Positions 10,801-23,900 of a DNA stretch of 64,000 nt are shown in pieces; positions within the stretch are counted from its first letter, which is position 1, and the number at the start of each line of letters is the position of its first letter. The DNA lies in NCBI GenBank assembly GCA_965240325.2, contig OZ251248.1:372001-436000 (forward strand), in the 5' to 3' direction. Source of the DNA: Rebecca billardiae RCC1528. Lineage: Eukaryota > Protista > Haptophyta. The notes beneath the pieces are model-generated. The model worked only from the letters and a program-made list of their open reading frames with translations. It made no database searches and was not told the DNA's origin. The translations under genes were made by a program, and so were the position numbers.

Positions 10801-13798
10801 TCGTCGAGGGACGCGTTGAGCGCGGCGACAGGCGTGCGCCCGCCCTTCGCCCCAGCTGGCGCCGCCGCCGCCGAAGCCGCGACCGCTGAACTGCCGGCGG
10901 CGGCGGCGGCGCTGGCGCCGCCCGGCTCGCCGCCGGCCGCGCCGAGCGCGCTCGCTGGCTGGCGCTGCGACGCGGCGAGTGGCGGCGCCTCGCGGAAGCG
11001 GCGCACCCACTCGCTCACGCGCGGCACCGCCGCGCCCGTCGCGGCCGACGCCGGGGCCGCGCCGTCGGCCGGCGCAGCATGGCCGCCGGCCGCGCCGTGC
11101 CGCGCTCCTCGCGAATCGGCGCCCGGCATGGGCTCCTGCGGCTCCGCGCCCGCGCCGTCAGCCACGTCGGCCCCCGCGGTACGCACCCAGCTGGCCAGCT
11201 CGGCCGCATCCGCCGAGGGCGCGCGCGACGAGCGCTCGCTGCCGCCGCGCGCACGCCACGCGCCCAGGGGACGCGCGTCGACGTCGTCGTCGCCGTCGTC
11301 GTCAGACTCGGCGGCGGCGGCGGCGGCGGTGGTGGGCGCGTGCTGCTCCGAGTCGAGCGACGAGCCGACCGAGCCGCGAGCGGCGCGGCCCTCCCAGCTC
11401 AACGACGACGACGCCGACTCGCGCGCCGACGCGCCGCGCCGCCGGTAGGGCGGCTCATAGGCGGCTGGGCTGTAGGCCCCGGCCGGCGCGGCGCGCGCGC
11501 GCAGAGAGGGCGGCACGACGCTTGCGGCGGAGAGACGAGGCGAGAGGACGGCGGCCGCGGCGGCGTGCGCGCCGCCGCGCACCGGCTCGGCCTCCTCGTC
11601 GTCCGTGCTCACGTCACTGCCGTAGCTGCGCGCGGCCGCGCCGCCGCCGCCCGCCGCACCACCAGAGTGCCTACGCAGCGGCTCGTGCGAGGCGCGTACG
11701 CGGCCGGCTGAGAGCGCGCGGCGGCGTGGTGCGCCGTCGGCCTCGGCGGCGCGCAGCGCGTCAGCCTCCGAGCACGCCGCCGACTCGAGCGAGGAGCGCC
11801 GGCTGCTCGCCGCGCTCGACGGCCCGGCGCTGCCGCAGCCACTGCCGCCTCCGCCGGCCGCGCCGCGCGCGCCGGCGCCGCCAGCCGCGCCGCCAGCGCC
11901 GGCCGCGCCGCGCGCGTGCCACTCGGAGCTCGAGCGTGCAGAGAGCCAGCCGCTCGCGCCCACGTCGAGCGCGGCGGAGCTGTGCACGCTGCTCCCGCGC
12001 GGGCTCGCGCGCCACGGCTCGGGCTCGCCGCCCCGCTCGTAGCCCTGCTCCGCGCCGCCGCCGCCGCCGCCGAGCCGCGCGGGAGCCATCCGCTGCGCCG
12101 AGCCCAGGTCGCGCCGACCCCACGCGGGCAGCGCGCGCGCGCTCTTCGGGTCCGCGTCGGAGGAGGAGCGGGGCGTGGAGGTGGTGCTCGCGGCCGAGAC
12201 GCCAGCGACGGCCAGCTCGCCGCCCACCGCCGCGCCGGCGCTCAGCGCCCCGAGGGCGAGCGTGGGCACGGCGCGCGCCCCGCCGGTGCGCGCGCCGAGC
12301 GCGCCCGCGCCCGCCCCGACGCCGCCCGCGGCGTCCCTGGCCGCTGCGGACGGGCCAGCCGCCTCGGGCCGCACGCGCCCGGCCGAGCTCGGTCGTGAGC
12401 GCCCGGAGCCCGGGCGCACGCGCCCCGCGCTCGCCGGCCGCGAGCCGCCGCCTGACGACTGCCAGCGCGGGGCCGCAGCAGCCGTCTCCTCGGCGGCGCG
12501 GACGCGCGAGCGCGCGCCGCCGGGCGAGCGCGCGCGCGCGTGCGCGCCGAGGCTCTCCGCGCTGCTCGCGTGGCGCAGCTCGGCCTCGCGCTCGGCGCGC
12601 CACTTGAGGAAGATCGTCTCCGCCTCCGCCTCCGCCTCGACCACGGCGCGCTCCGCGTCGCTCAGCTCCGGGTCGAGCGAAGCTGCGGCCGCGGCCGCGG
12701 CGGAGCGCTCCGGAGTCGCACGCGCCGAGAGCGCCGAGCCGGTCGAGCGCCGCCGCTCGGCACTGCGCGCGGAGGCCGGCGGCGCGCGCGGGGGGGGCGA
12801 GGGGGTCGGGCGGTCAGTCCGCGCGTCGCGCTCGGCGCTCGGCGCCGCTGCCGCGCGGCGCGCGGCACGGCGCACGCCGCTCACCTCAGCCGGTGCTCCC
12901 TCGAGCCGCGCCGCTCGGCGTCCGCCTCGTGCGGCGCGCGGTGGAGCGCGGGCACGTGGACGGCGCGCGAGTAGCCGGACGGCTCGCTCACGCTCGGCAC
13001 GTCCACCTCGAGCTCGGTGCGGTACGCGGCCGGCGCGGCGTGCGCCGCGGCCGCGCCGCCGACGCGCATCAGCGCAGTGGAGCGCCGAAGGGCGTCGACC
13101 GACCGCGAGCGAGCGATGCGCGCGGCGGAGGCGCCGGCGGTGCCGGCGCCGGGGCGCGGGTTGGCGGCGTACGGCGAGACGGCCGGCGCGTGCGCGGGCG
13201 TGCGCGCGTGCAGCCCCGGCTGCGTGCGCGCGGAGCTTAGGCCAGGCGCGGGCACCGCGCCGCGCGGCGTCGAGCCGGTGCTGCGCGTCGCGCGCAACGC
13301 GCTGCCGCCGCCGCTCGTGGTCGGCCTGCGGGCGGGGCGCGCGGGGAGGGCACGGGTTGGAGGCATGCGAAACAAGCACCCTGTGAGCGCGTGCGGTCCG
13401 CGCGCGCGCGCGCGCATCCGCGCTGTGCTCGCGGCGGTCGCGGCGGCGGCGCGCGGCACGCACCGCCGCGCGGGCGCCGAGGACGGCACGGCCGGGCGCT
13501 GGCGCGAGACGGAGGAGGCCGGGCGCGCGGCTGCGCGCGCGCGAATCTCGTCTGCTGTCGGCATGATCCGCGCCATCCCGCGCGGCTGCACGCCCGCGCC
13601 GCCGCCGTGCGCGGGCGCGGCGGCGGCGCTCAGGTGATTCCCGCTCACGACGAGCGACGGCGCAGGCGCGCCGTGTCCGGCGTGCTTGGCGTCGGCGGGC
13701 TGCGCGGCGGCGGCGGTGCGCACGGAGCCGAGGAGCATCGGCCCGTGCTGCCGGAAGCGCTGCTCGCTGCCGAACGTGCTGCCTGGGCGGCCCGACAT
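7851..13798 (-). CDS. Large low-complexity protein with ~4 IQ-like calmodulin-binding motifs and PROSER3-like blocks (exons ~13798-13464, 13325-12885, 12762-7851)
   Basis: ATG at 13798 ([15 protein letters not shown]). GT..CAG introns 13463-13326 and 12884-12763 join ORF 12881-14671 to ORF 7851-13832 in frame. IQ-like motifs are [25 protein letters not shown] and SLQRRARS at ~9560-9800. Confidence 0.65.
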
Positions 13799-14005
13799 GG
13801 CCGCGGAGCGTGCGTTCAAGGGGCCCAAGCACACCCTGGCTTTCTCAAACGGCTTCGAACCCCGGATGGGCGGGCAGTCCGGACGGGCGGCGCCCGCCTC
13901 CCGGAGTCCCTCCGATTGAGTCCTGTGCCGAGGCGGGGCAGTCCGGGCCGTCGTTCGCAGCGCGAGCTCGCGAAGCTGCGCCCGGCCTGCGGACGTGCGG
14001 GTGGC
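13799..14005. promoter_or_regulatory. Probable bidirectional promoter between head-to-head genes
   Basis: Only ~207 bp separate the divergent ATGs (13798 on -, 14006 on +). This is positional inference only. Confidence 0.45.
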
Positions 14006-17000
14006 ATGTTGGCGTTCGCCATCACGGTAATGATGCTCTGCCTGTCGAGCGCGCGCGCGCACGCCGCGGCGGGCGTGCCGCGCACGCGCGTGCCCGCGCA
14101 CGCGGCCGCGCGCTACATGCGAGCCGCCTCGTCCGTCGCCGCCTCGCGCGCGCGGGGCTCGGCGGCGCGCGCGCCGATCCGGCTGCTGGCGTCGGCGGGC
14201 CGGCCCGCGGCCGCCGGCACCGCGCCGCGGCTCGTGGCACCCGAGGCGGAGGCCGCCAGCCCGGTGGCGGGGCTGCACCTGCTGAACAGCCTGTCGCGCG
14301 AGAAGGAGCCCTTCCAGCCCCTCTCCGGCGGCCGCTTCGTCTCGTGGTGCGCGGCGGCGAGCGCGCGGCGGCCGAGCGCGCTCGAGCGCCGTCGGCCTAG
14401 CCGCGCCGCACCGCGCCGCGCCGCGCCGGCGTGCGCGCCGTCGCTCGCGCCGCGCGTGGCGAGCGCCGCAAACGCCGCGCGTCCCACGCGCCGCCCCCGG
14501 CGCAGGTACATCTGCGGGCCGACCGTCTACGACTCGGCGCACCTCGGCCACCTGCGCAACTACGTCGGCTTCGACATTCTGAGGCGGGTACTTGAGGAGT
14601 ACTTCGGTTACGACATCTGCTACGTGATGAACATCACGGACATCGACGACAAGATCATCATGCGCGCGCACCGCCGGCGCCTCGCCGCCTCGCTCGACGC
14701 CCTCGCCGGCGCGGCCGCCGCCGCCTCCGGGGACCTCGCCGCCGCCATCGCCGCCGTCTCCGACGAGCGCCTCCGCGGCTCGATGGCGCGCGCGGCCGCG
14801 CTGCTCGAGGAGAAGGAGCGCTCGATCGCGGACGTGATGGCGCTGCAGGCGGAGCTGCGCGAGGCGGCGAGCGCGGCGGGCGGCCCGTTCGCAACCCTCG
14901 CCGCCGACCCGTCCGCCGGCCCGCTGCGCGACTGCGACGCGCAGCTCGACACGCTCGCCCTCGCGCGCGAGTTTGAGGAGGAGTTCTTCTCAGACATGGT
15001 GCGCGCCCTTTTTTATTTTATTGTATTGCTTTATTTTTTATTTTTGCGTATGGCATTCCCCGTGTGTGCGCCGGTCGTTGTCCGTTTCGCGCGTGTGCGC
15101 GCGCGTGCGAGCGCGCCTTGTCTCCCTCTCCTTCGTGGGACGCGCGCCTTGGCGGCGTGTGCGCGCGCGAGAACGCGACGCGCAGCCGTGCGGGCGCGCG
15201 CGCGCGCGCGGCGCGCCGGCCGCGCGCGAGCGCCGCAGCTCACGCGCGCCGCGTGCGCCGCCGCCCCGCGTGCCGCAGCGCCGCATGGGCGTGCGCCCGC
15301 CGTGCGCCGTGACGCGCGTGACCGAGTACGTCGACGAGATCGTCAGCTACATCCAGACGATTGAGGCGAACGGCTACTGCTACGCCACCGATGACGGCTC
15401 GGTCTATTTCGACACGGGCGCGTTTGCCGAGGTGCACACGTACGGCAAGCTCGAGCCGTCCGCCATCGGTGCGTGGGCGCCCGCCGCGCGGCGCGCGGTG
15501 GCGTGGGTGCGCGCGCGCGGTGCGGTGGTGCGCGCGGGCAGCCGGCGCGCGCGCGGGCGTGAACGCGCGCGCGGCCCGCACGGCGCCGCCGCGGGCTGTG
15601 GGCCACCTGTACCCACCACCGGCGCAACGATCGGTGTGCGTGTGTGCGGTGCGCTCGGCGCGCGGCCGCGGCGCTGATTCGCGAGCTCCGGGGCGCCCCT
15701 CCGGCGTGGGCCGCGGGCCGCGGCGCACAGGCAACGCGGAGCTGCTCGGCGAGGGCGAGGGCGCGCTGTCCGCGGGTGGCGGCGGCGGCAAGCGCAAGCC
15801 GCAGGACTTTGCGCTGTGGAAGGCCTCGAAGGCGGGCGAGCCCGCCTGGCCGTCGCCGTGGGGCGACGGCCGGCCCGGGTGGCACATCGAGTGCTCCGCG
15901 ATGGCCTCGGACCTGCTCGGCGCGGCCGTGGACATCAACGCGGGCGGCGCCGACCTGCGCTTCCCGCACCATGAGAACCAGATGGCGCAGTGCGAGGCGC
16001 ACTACGACTGCGACCGCTGGGTGAGCACGTTCCTGCACTCGGGCCACCTCGACATTGACGGGCGCAAGATGTCCAAGTCGCTGAAGAACTTTATCACCGT
16101 CGGCGAGGCGCTGCAGAGCTACTCGCCCTCGCAGCTGCGCTTCCTCTTCCTGCTGCACAAGCACTCGGACCCGATGGAGTATTCGCCGAACGCGATGGAG
16201 GCGGCGGCGGCCATGCACGCGCGCTTTGCCGAGTTTGGAGCGAGCCTCGACGTGCGGCTGCGCGAGGGCGGCGCGCTGCTCGCGCGCGAGCCGGGCGCGT
16301 GCGCGCACAAGTGGGGCGCGGCCGAGCGCGCGCTCGGCGCCGAGCTGCACGCCAAGCGCGCCGCCGTGCACGCCGCGCTGTGCGACTCGGTCGACACGCC
16401 CGCGGCGCTGCGGCAGCTCGAGCAGCTGCTGCGCGAGACCAATCGCTACCTGGCCGGCACCACCGCCGCGACGGCGAACCGGCCGCTGCTGCTCGACATC
16501 TCCCGATTCTTCGCCAAGCTGTACGGCGCGTTCGGGCTCACCGACGCGGCCGAGTCCGAGCGGTTCGCGCAGCCGTTCGCGCTGAGGGCCGACGGCGGCG
16601 GCGGCGGCGGCGGCGGCACGCCGGGCGGCGCCGCCGCCGCGCCGGGCTCCGCCGCTGCCGGCGCCGACGCCGCCGCAATCTCGCGCGAGGAGATCGCAGG
16701 GCCGATCGTCGAGGTGCTCGCCGAGTTCCGCGAGCGCGTGCGCGCGCTCGCGGCGAGCGGCGCCGACGCGGGCGCGCTCCTCGCCGAGTGCGACGCGCTG
16801 CGAGATCGCGATCTCAAGAAGGTCGGCGTGCGACTGGAGGACCGCTCAGGCGAGGCGGCGCGGTGGATGCTCGTCTCGCCCGCCGACCTCGAGGCGGAGG
16901 CGGAGGCGGCGGCGAAGGAGGAGCGCAAGAAGGCGCAGGCGCGCGAGGCGGTGCAGGCAAAGGAGGCGGCGCGGCTGGCGATGCGCGCCGTGCCGCCCGA

Positions 17001-17271
17001 GCAGATGTTCCGCCCGGAGAACGACGTGCTCTTCGGACGCGAGGCGCCGTTCACGCAGTGCGCGCCGCGCGCCGTGCGCCGCGCACGCCACGCGTGCCGC
17101 GCCTGCGTTGCCGCTCACCGCCCCTCGGGCGCTGGCCGACGCCCCCCGGGCTGCAGGTGGGACGACAGCGGCCTGCCCACGCACGGCGCGGACGGCGAGC
17201 CGCTCAGCAAGGGCGCGCGCAAGCGCGCGGAGAAGGCGTTCAGCAAGCACAAGGCCAACTTTGAGAAGTGA
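14006..17271 (+). CDS. CysRS: Cysteinyl-tRNA synthetase, eukaryotic cytosolic type with N-terminal signal-like extension; exons 14006-14346, 14506-14998, 15279-15468, 15731-17057, 17157-17271
   Basis: Motifs: [16 protein letters not shown] (HIGH), [66 protein letters not shown]. All four introns are GT..AG and restore the frame. Confidence 0.96.
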
Positions 17272-17353
17272 ATGGTCGGCTGGTCGCCGGCTGCGCCTGA
17301 CTTGCTTGATTTTGATGTGGCTCAAACCCCGCTGCCGCCCGCTTGCCGCGCGC

Positions 17354-18268
<915 letters not shown>

Positions 18269-19330
18269 ATGGTCGGCGTGAAGAACCAGAAGCGCGCAGT
18301 GTGCGAACATGTTGGCTGCACCAAGGTGCCTTCGTTTGGCATGCCGGGCGACGCGCGCGCCAGCCGGTGCGCTGCGCACAAGCTGGCCGGCATGGTTGAC
18401 GTGAAGAATAGCAGTTGTGCTCACACCGGCTGCACCAAGGGGCCTTCGTTTGGCATGCCGGGCGACGCGCGCGCCAGCCGGTGCGCTACGCACAAGCTGG
18501 CCGGCATGGTCGACCTGAAGAACCCCAGGTGTGATCGCACGGGCTGCACCACGCGGCCTTCGTTCGGCATGCCGGGCGACGCGCGCGCCAGCCGGTGTGC
18601 TACGCACAAGCTGGGTGGCATGGTCGACCTGAAGAGCCCCAAGTGTAATCACACAGGCTGCAACACGCGGCCTTCGTTCGGCATGCCGGGCGACGCGCGC
18701 GCCAGCCGGTGCGCTACGCACAAGCTGGCCGGCATGGTCGACGTGGTGAGCCGCAGGTGTGATCACGCGGGCTGCACCACGCGCCCTTTGTGTGGCATGC
18801 CGGGCGACGCGCGCGCCAGCCGGTGCGCTACGCACAAGCTGGCCGGCATGGTCGACGTGGTGAGCCGCAGGTGTGATCACGCGGGCTGCACCACGCGCCC
18901 TTTGTGTGGCATGCCGGGTGACGCACGTGCCAGCCGGTGCGCTGCGCATAAGCTGGCCGGCATGGTCGACGTGGTGAGCCGCAAGTGTGATCACGCAGGC
19001 TGCACCAAGGTGCCTTCGTTCGGCATGCCGGGCGACGCGCGCGCCAGCCGGTGCGCTACGCACAAGCTGGCTGCCATGAAGCGCCTTGCGAGTGGTGCGC
19101 ACATTCGGCACAAGCGTGGGCTGGAGCACGGCTCGAGCACCACAGCGTCCAGCGCCGCCAAGCGACAGCGGACGCGCACCAGCAGCACAGGCACGACCTC
19201 TGTCGCCGCAGCAGCCGCAGCGCAGCCGCGGCCGCGGTCGCAGCTGCCGCCGGTGGTCAAGGCCCGCCTTGCATCGACACCACTATCGCATTCTGCACGG
19301 CCTGTGGTGATGGCTAGGTGGGTCAACTGA
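18269..19330 (+). CDS. EsV-1-7 cysteine-rich repeat protein, copy 1 (7 full repeats)
   Basis: 38-aa repeat CxxxGCxxxPxFGMPGDARASRCxxHKLxGMVDxxxxx matches the EsV-1-7 motif pattern (C-x4-C...C-x2-H-K..GMV). Start is uncertain; the frame is open from 18047. Confidence 0.85.
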   Translation: MVGVKNQKRAVCEHVGCTKVPSFGMPGDARASRCAAHKLAGMVDVKNSSCAHTGCTKGPSFGMPGDARASRCATHKLAGMVDLKNPRCDRTGCTTRPSFGMPGDARASRCATHKLGGMVDLKSPKCNHTGCNTRPSFGMPGDARASRCATHKLAGMVDVVSRRCDHAGCTTRPLCGMPGDARASRCATHKLAGMVDVVSRRCDHAGCTTRPLCGMPGDARASRCAAHKLAGMVDVVSRKCDHAGCTKVPSFGMPGDARASRCATHKLAAMKRLASGAHIRHKRGLEHGSSTTASSAAKRQRTRTSSTGTTSVAAAAAAQPRPRSQLPPVVKARLASTPLSHSARPVVMARWVN

Positions 19331-19887
19331 CCGCCGCCCGGCGCGCCGCCGCTACCGCCGCCGCCGCCGCTGTGCTCTCGCGCGAGGAGATCGCAGGGCC
19401 GATCGTCGAGTTGCTCGCCGAGTTCCGCGAGCGCGCGCGCGTGCTCGCGGCGAGCGGCGCCGACGCGGGCGCGCTCGGTGGATGCTCGTCTCGCCCGCCG
19501 ACCTCGAGGCGGAGACGGCGGCGGCGGCAAAGGAGGAGCGCAAGAAGGCGCAGGCGCGCGAGGCGGTGTAGGCAAAGGAGGCGGCGCGGCTGGCGATGCG
19601 CGCCGTGCCGCCCGAGGAGATGTTCCGCCCGGAGAACGACGTGCTCTTCGGACGCGAGGCGCCGTTCACGCAGTGCGCGCCGCGCGCCGTGCGCCGCGCA
19701 CGCCACGCGTGCCGCGCCTGCGTCCGCTGCTCACCGCCCCTCGGGCGCTGGCCGACGCCCCCCGGGCTGCAGGTGGGACGACAGCGGCCTGCCTACCCAC
19801 GGCGCAGACGGTGAGCCGCTCAGCAAGGGCGCGCGCAAGCGCGCGGAGAAGGCGTTCAGCAAGCACAAGGCCAACTTTGAGAAGTGA
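19331..19887 (+). pseudogene. Duplicated CysRS 3' fragment (unit 1), with 82-bp deletion and premature TAG
   Basis: Near-identical to ~16670-17271 including the last intron. It lacks native 16780-16861, and CAG is changed to TAG at ~19569. Confidence 0.9.
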
Positions 19888-20169
19888 ATGGCCGCCGGCT
19901 GCGCCCGACTTGCTTCGGATGATGGCGCAAACCCCGCTGCCGCCCGCGTGCCGCGCGGCGCGCGCGACGCGGCGGCGGGTAAAGCCGCGGGCACGCGCAC
20001 ACTAGCAGCAGCAGTGCCAGCACAGTCCGCCCGCAGTGACGCGCGTACTGGCAAACTACTCATCAGCAGTAGTCATTGAATACTAGTCATCGGTCATCAC
20101 GTGCGCATGCATAGTCATATCTAATATACTAACGCACATGTATATATCGATATATATATATATATATAT

Positions 20170-20886
20170 TGGGTAAACGCGAGCTCCGAGCGTGTCGAGC
20201 CCTGCTAAAAGCTCACCGGCGCGTAGCTTGGCGCGTCGACGATGACGCCCACGAGGCAATCTGACCCTCGCTCCTCTGACGAGCGAAGCTAATCCTCCTG
20301 CCGCAACCAACTTTCGGTTGCGCAGGGTGACACGGCGTTTTGCGGCCCGGCTCGGGAATCTTGTAACCTTCCTGAGCCCCGCTTCCGTGCGTCCGCCAAT
20401 CGCAGGCGTTACCGACGCACCGCCGTAAGCTCATCTTTCCCCCAGGTACTCGGTAATGTCATCGGACCTGGGTAAGCTGCGCACGGACCCATGATCCCGG
20501 ATTCTCGATTCTCAAAACTGAGAATCCGGGCGTCCATGAATGAAGTGATCGAGTCCGTTGTTCCTTGGACTCTTCCACGATGGCGCCCGCCTGTGCCGCC
20601 GGCGTGCCATCCGTGCCGCGCTGCGCCGGGCCGTACCGCCCGCGCACGCGCCGCGTCCGTGTCGCTCCGCGTCCGCGCTGCCGCGTCCGCGCTCCGCGTC
20701 CACGTCGCTCCGCGCCAGCGCTGCTGCGCTCGCGCTCCTGCCGCCGCGCGCGCCGCGCGCGCGCGCCGCCAGAGCCAGCCACTGCGTAGCTGATGCCGCC
20801 GGCCCGCCTGGTGCGGCGCCGGCCCTGACGTCCCAGCGGCGACGCCATCTGCTGAGATGCGCGCCCCAGGCTGCGTCAGCTCAACA
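20170..20886 (-). repeat. 3' LTR of copia A
   Basis: Direct repeat of 26822-27538 (offset 6652). Confidence 0.95.
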
Positions 20887-20922
20887 CCCCCCCTCGACAG
20901 CCATAGCCGCGAGCTGCGCCGC

Positions 20923-23900
20923 TTACCGCGCGCGCGTCGGGTGTCGGTCCACCATGATGGCGTCGACGTGCCGCTTGAACGTCGCACCGTCCGTCGCCTT
21001 CGTCATGATGTCAGAGTGGTTGAGTGAGGTGTGTACCTTGACCACCTTCACCTTGCCACCCTCCTGCGCGTCACGCACATAGTGATGCTTGATCTCGATG
21101 TGCTTCGAGCGCTTGTGGTGCACAGGATTCTCCACGAGGTCGATAGCCCCCTTGTTGTCCTCTCGCACCTCCGTCGCGGCCCGCGGCGGCTGCCGCATGG
21201 ACTCGAGTATGCTCCGCAAGTAGCTCACCTCGCGGCAGCAATCGCTCAGCGCGACGTACTCCGCCTCCGTCGAGCTCAGCGAGACTGTACCTTGCAGCCC
21301 GCTGTGCCACGACACCGGCGCCCCATTGTAGAACACAATGTATCCACCCGTCGACCTGCCCTTGGTCTCCACCGGATTGCTTGCCCAATCGGAGTCAGCG
21401 AAAGCAAGTAGGTCGGGGTGCTCGGAATCTGTCGCAAACTTGAACAAGATTCCCAATCGCGGGCATCCACGTAAGTAGCGCAGCACGCGCTTCGCACTTA
21501 CCAGATCCACCGCCCGCGGACATGACATGCGTCGCGTCAGCATGTTCACCGCGTGCGCGATGTCCGGCCGCGCCGTGACCATCGCAAACATGAGACATCC
21601 CACCATCGCCTGGTAGTTCTCAATCTCCGCGCGCTGCAGCAACGCCTCGTCGTCGTCGCTCAGCTGCGCCCGCGCCGCCGGCTCCGGCGTGCGCGCCGGC
21701 GTGCTTGCGTTCAAACCGAACCGCTGAAGCACGCTCTCGACGTACGGCCCCAGATGCATCAGGATGCCGTCGTCATGAACTTCAAACACGGCGCCCAGGA
21801 ACTTATCGAGCCGCTCACTCAGCTTGATCTCGTAATGCTCCTTCAGGTCAGCCGCCAGCTTCTCCACCGCGCGCGCGTCGCGCGTCAGGTTGAGAAACAG
21901 CAAGTCGTCGACAAAGCCGCCCGCGATGATGAACTCGCCCGGCGCCGACTCCTTGACGTAGATGCACGGCGCACTCGGACACTCCGAGAAGCCGCGCGCG
22001 AGCAGCTGGGTGCGGTGCGTGCGATGCCACGCGCGCCCAGACTGGCGTAGGCCCGGATACGCCTTCAGGCTCCGGCCCACGACTTTGTACCCCGGCGGCG
22101 CCTGCGTGCTCGGCACGTAGCCCGGCGGGAATGAGAAGAGAGGCCGCTCATCCGGCTTCAACTCCGAGTTGAGGTACGCGTCCTTGACGTCGCCCTTCGA
22201 CAGTATGCCCAGCGCCGCAACCGACGCTGCACCCAAGTCGACTCTCGCGCCCGCCTGCTGAGCGGCGATCGCCACGAGTAGTCGCACTTGTTCCGGCCGG
22301 ATCGTCGGAGCAAAGACCTCCTGAAAGTCGATCCCCGGCCGCTGTAGGTTCCCCAGTAGCACCGACCGCGCCTTGAAGCGCGTCACCTCGCCCTCCGGGT
22401 TCGACTTCACGTCAAAGACCCACTGGCTCGGCAACACCCGCGTGCCCTCCGGAACCACCACCTCCTCCGAGGTGCCGAGCAACTTGTGACCTTCCAGGTG
22501 CTCGAGCATGGCGCCCTGCCACTGGGGCGCCTCCGCCGACCGCATCGCCTCGCGATAGTTCGTCGGCACCTTCACGTTGATCTTCTGGAACACCGACGCG
22601 GCGCTGACGACGGCAGTAAGCAGCTGCGGCCGCCGGCGCGACGTCCGATCCCTGCGAAGCGGATCGTGTCCCATATCCAGGCCGGGCGGCGGCGCGTCCT
22701 CGATCACGCCGTCGTCACCGTCTGCGCCGCGCGGCGGCCCGCCAGCATCTGCTGCGGCCCCGCGCCGTGATTCCGTCGGCGGTATCTGATCCTGCCGACC
22801 CGGCTGCGTCATCGACGCGCCTGCCCCGCCACGCCCGCCCTGCGGCGTCGGCGTCGACGGCTGTGCGCCCGCGCTGCTGCACCCGCGTTGTCCCGCGTCC
22901 ACGCTGCTGCGCCCGCGCCCCGACGTTGACGCATCTGCGTCGTCGTCGTACCCGACGTCGAACTCTGTCGCGTCGTCATTCCCGGCGTCGGCTGGCGTCT
23001 CGCCGCCATCGCCGTCCTCGTCCTCACCGTCGGCGTCACCGCCGACTGGACGATATCCGCCGCTTACCGCGGCGTCGTCACCATCACCCACGTACGCGCC
23101 ACCGTCAGGTGCGCCCAGCGACGAGTGCCCCCCCTCGACCAGGTCGGTCTCGTCGATGCGTACGTCACGTGAGTGAACGAGACGTCCGTCGTCTAAACGA
23201 CATACGTACCCAAGCACGTAGCGCCATGTACCGCGCCACTGCACGCCGTGCCCACCCCAGAGATAGACACGTCCGGGTAGTGCGCGCTGCTTCAGCTGCC
23301 CCAATGCATTGCGCCGTGCGCCCAGCATCAGCACGCGGCAGCGCGCGCCAAACGCCACGTGATGCTTCCACGTCGGACGTTTGCCAAAGAACAGCTCATC
23401 CGGCGTGAGCCACTCAATGTCTCCATCGTCACGAATGATACCACGTGACGCCAGTCGATTGCGCGACGCGCATGCGTGCCACGCCGCGTAGTGCCAATCG
23501 ACCCTCGAGACTCCACGCGCAACGACCGTGGCGCGCAGTCTCGACTTCAGCGTGCGGATAGCGCGTTCCGCCACGCCATTCGAGCTCGGCGAGTCGGGCG
23601 CCGACGTGACCGTCGACGAGAACCCAAGCTTCGCCAGCTCACCCTCGACGTACGTACTCAGTAACGTCGAGCCACCGTCGGTGTGAATATGACGTCGCGC
23701 CATAGTACACCCCGACGCCAGGACCCAATGCGACATGTGCATGGCCCCTGTTCCAAGCAACTGCGCGTACCAGCGGAATGCCCGACCAACCTCGGCGTCA
23801 TCCAAGCTGCGTAGCGCGTACACTTGCCATCGACGTGAATGCCCATCGATGAATATGATCCCATGAGGATACCCTCCACGTGCGCCATCGGCCCCAACTG

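Noticed and set aside
1052-13400. Many long overlapping Arg/Ala/Pro-rich ORFs on both strands
   Set aside because: These are shadow frames caused by extreme GC content and scarcity of stop codons. Only the frames joined by valid introns were kept.
18270-19080. 114-bp repeats with variable inserts read as a CRISPR-like array
   Set aside because: The repeats are in-frame protein-coding units with related variable segments. The context is eukaryotic and there are no cas genes.
19331-19887. CysRS fragments as retrocopies made by the adjacent copia RT
   Set aside because: They retain the last intron and genomic downstream flank, and they lack poly(A).
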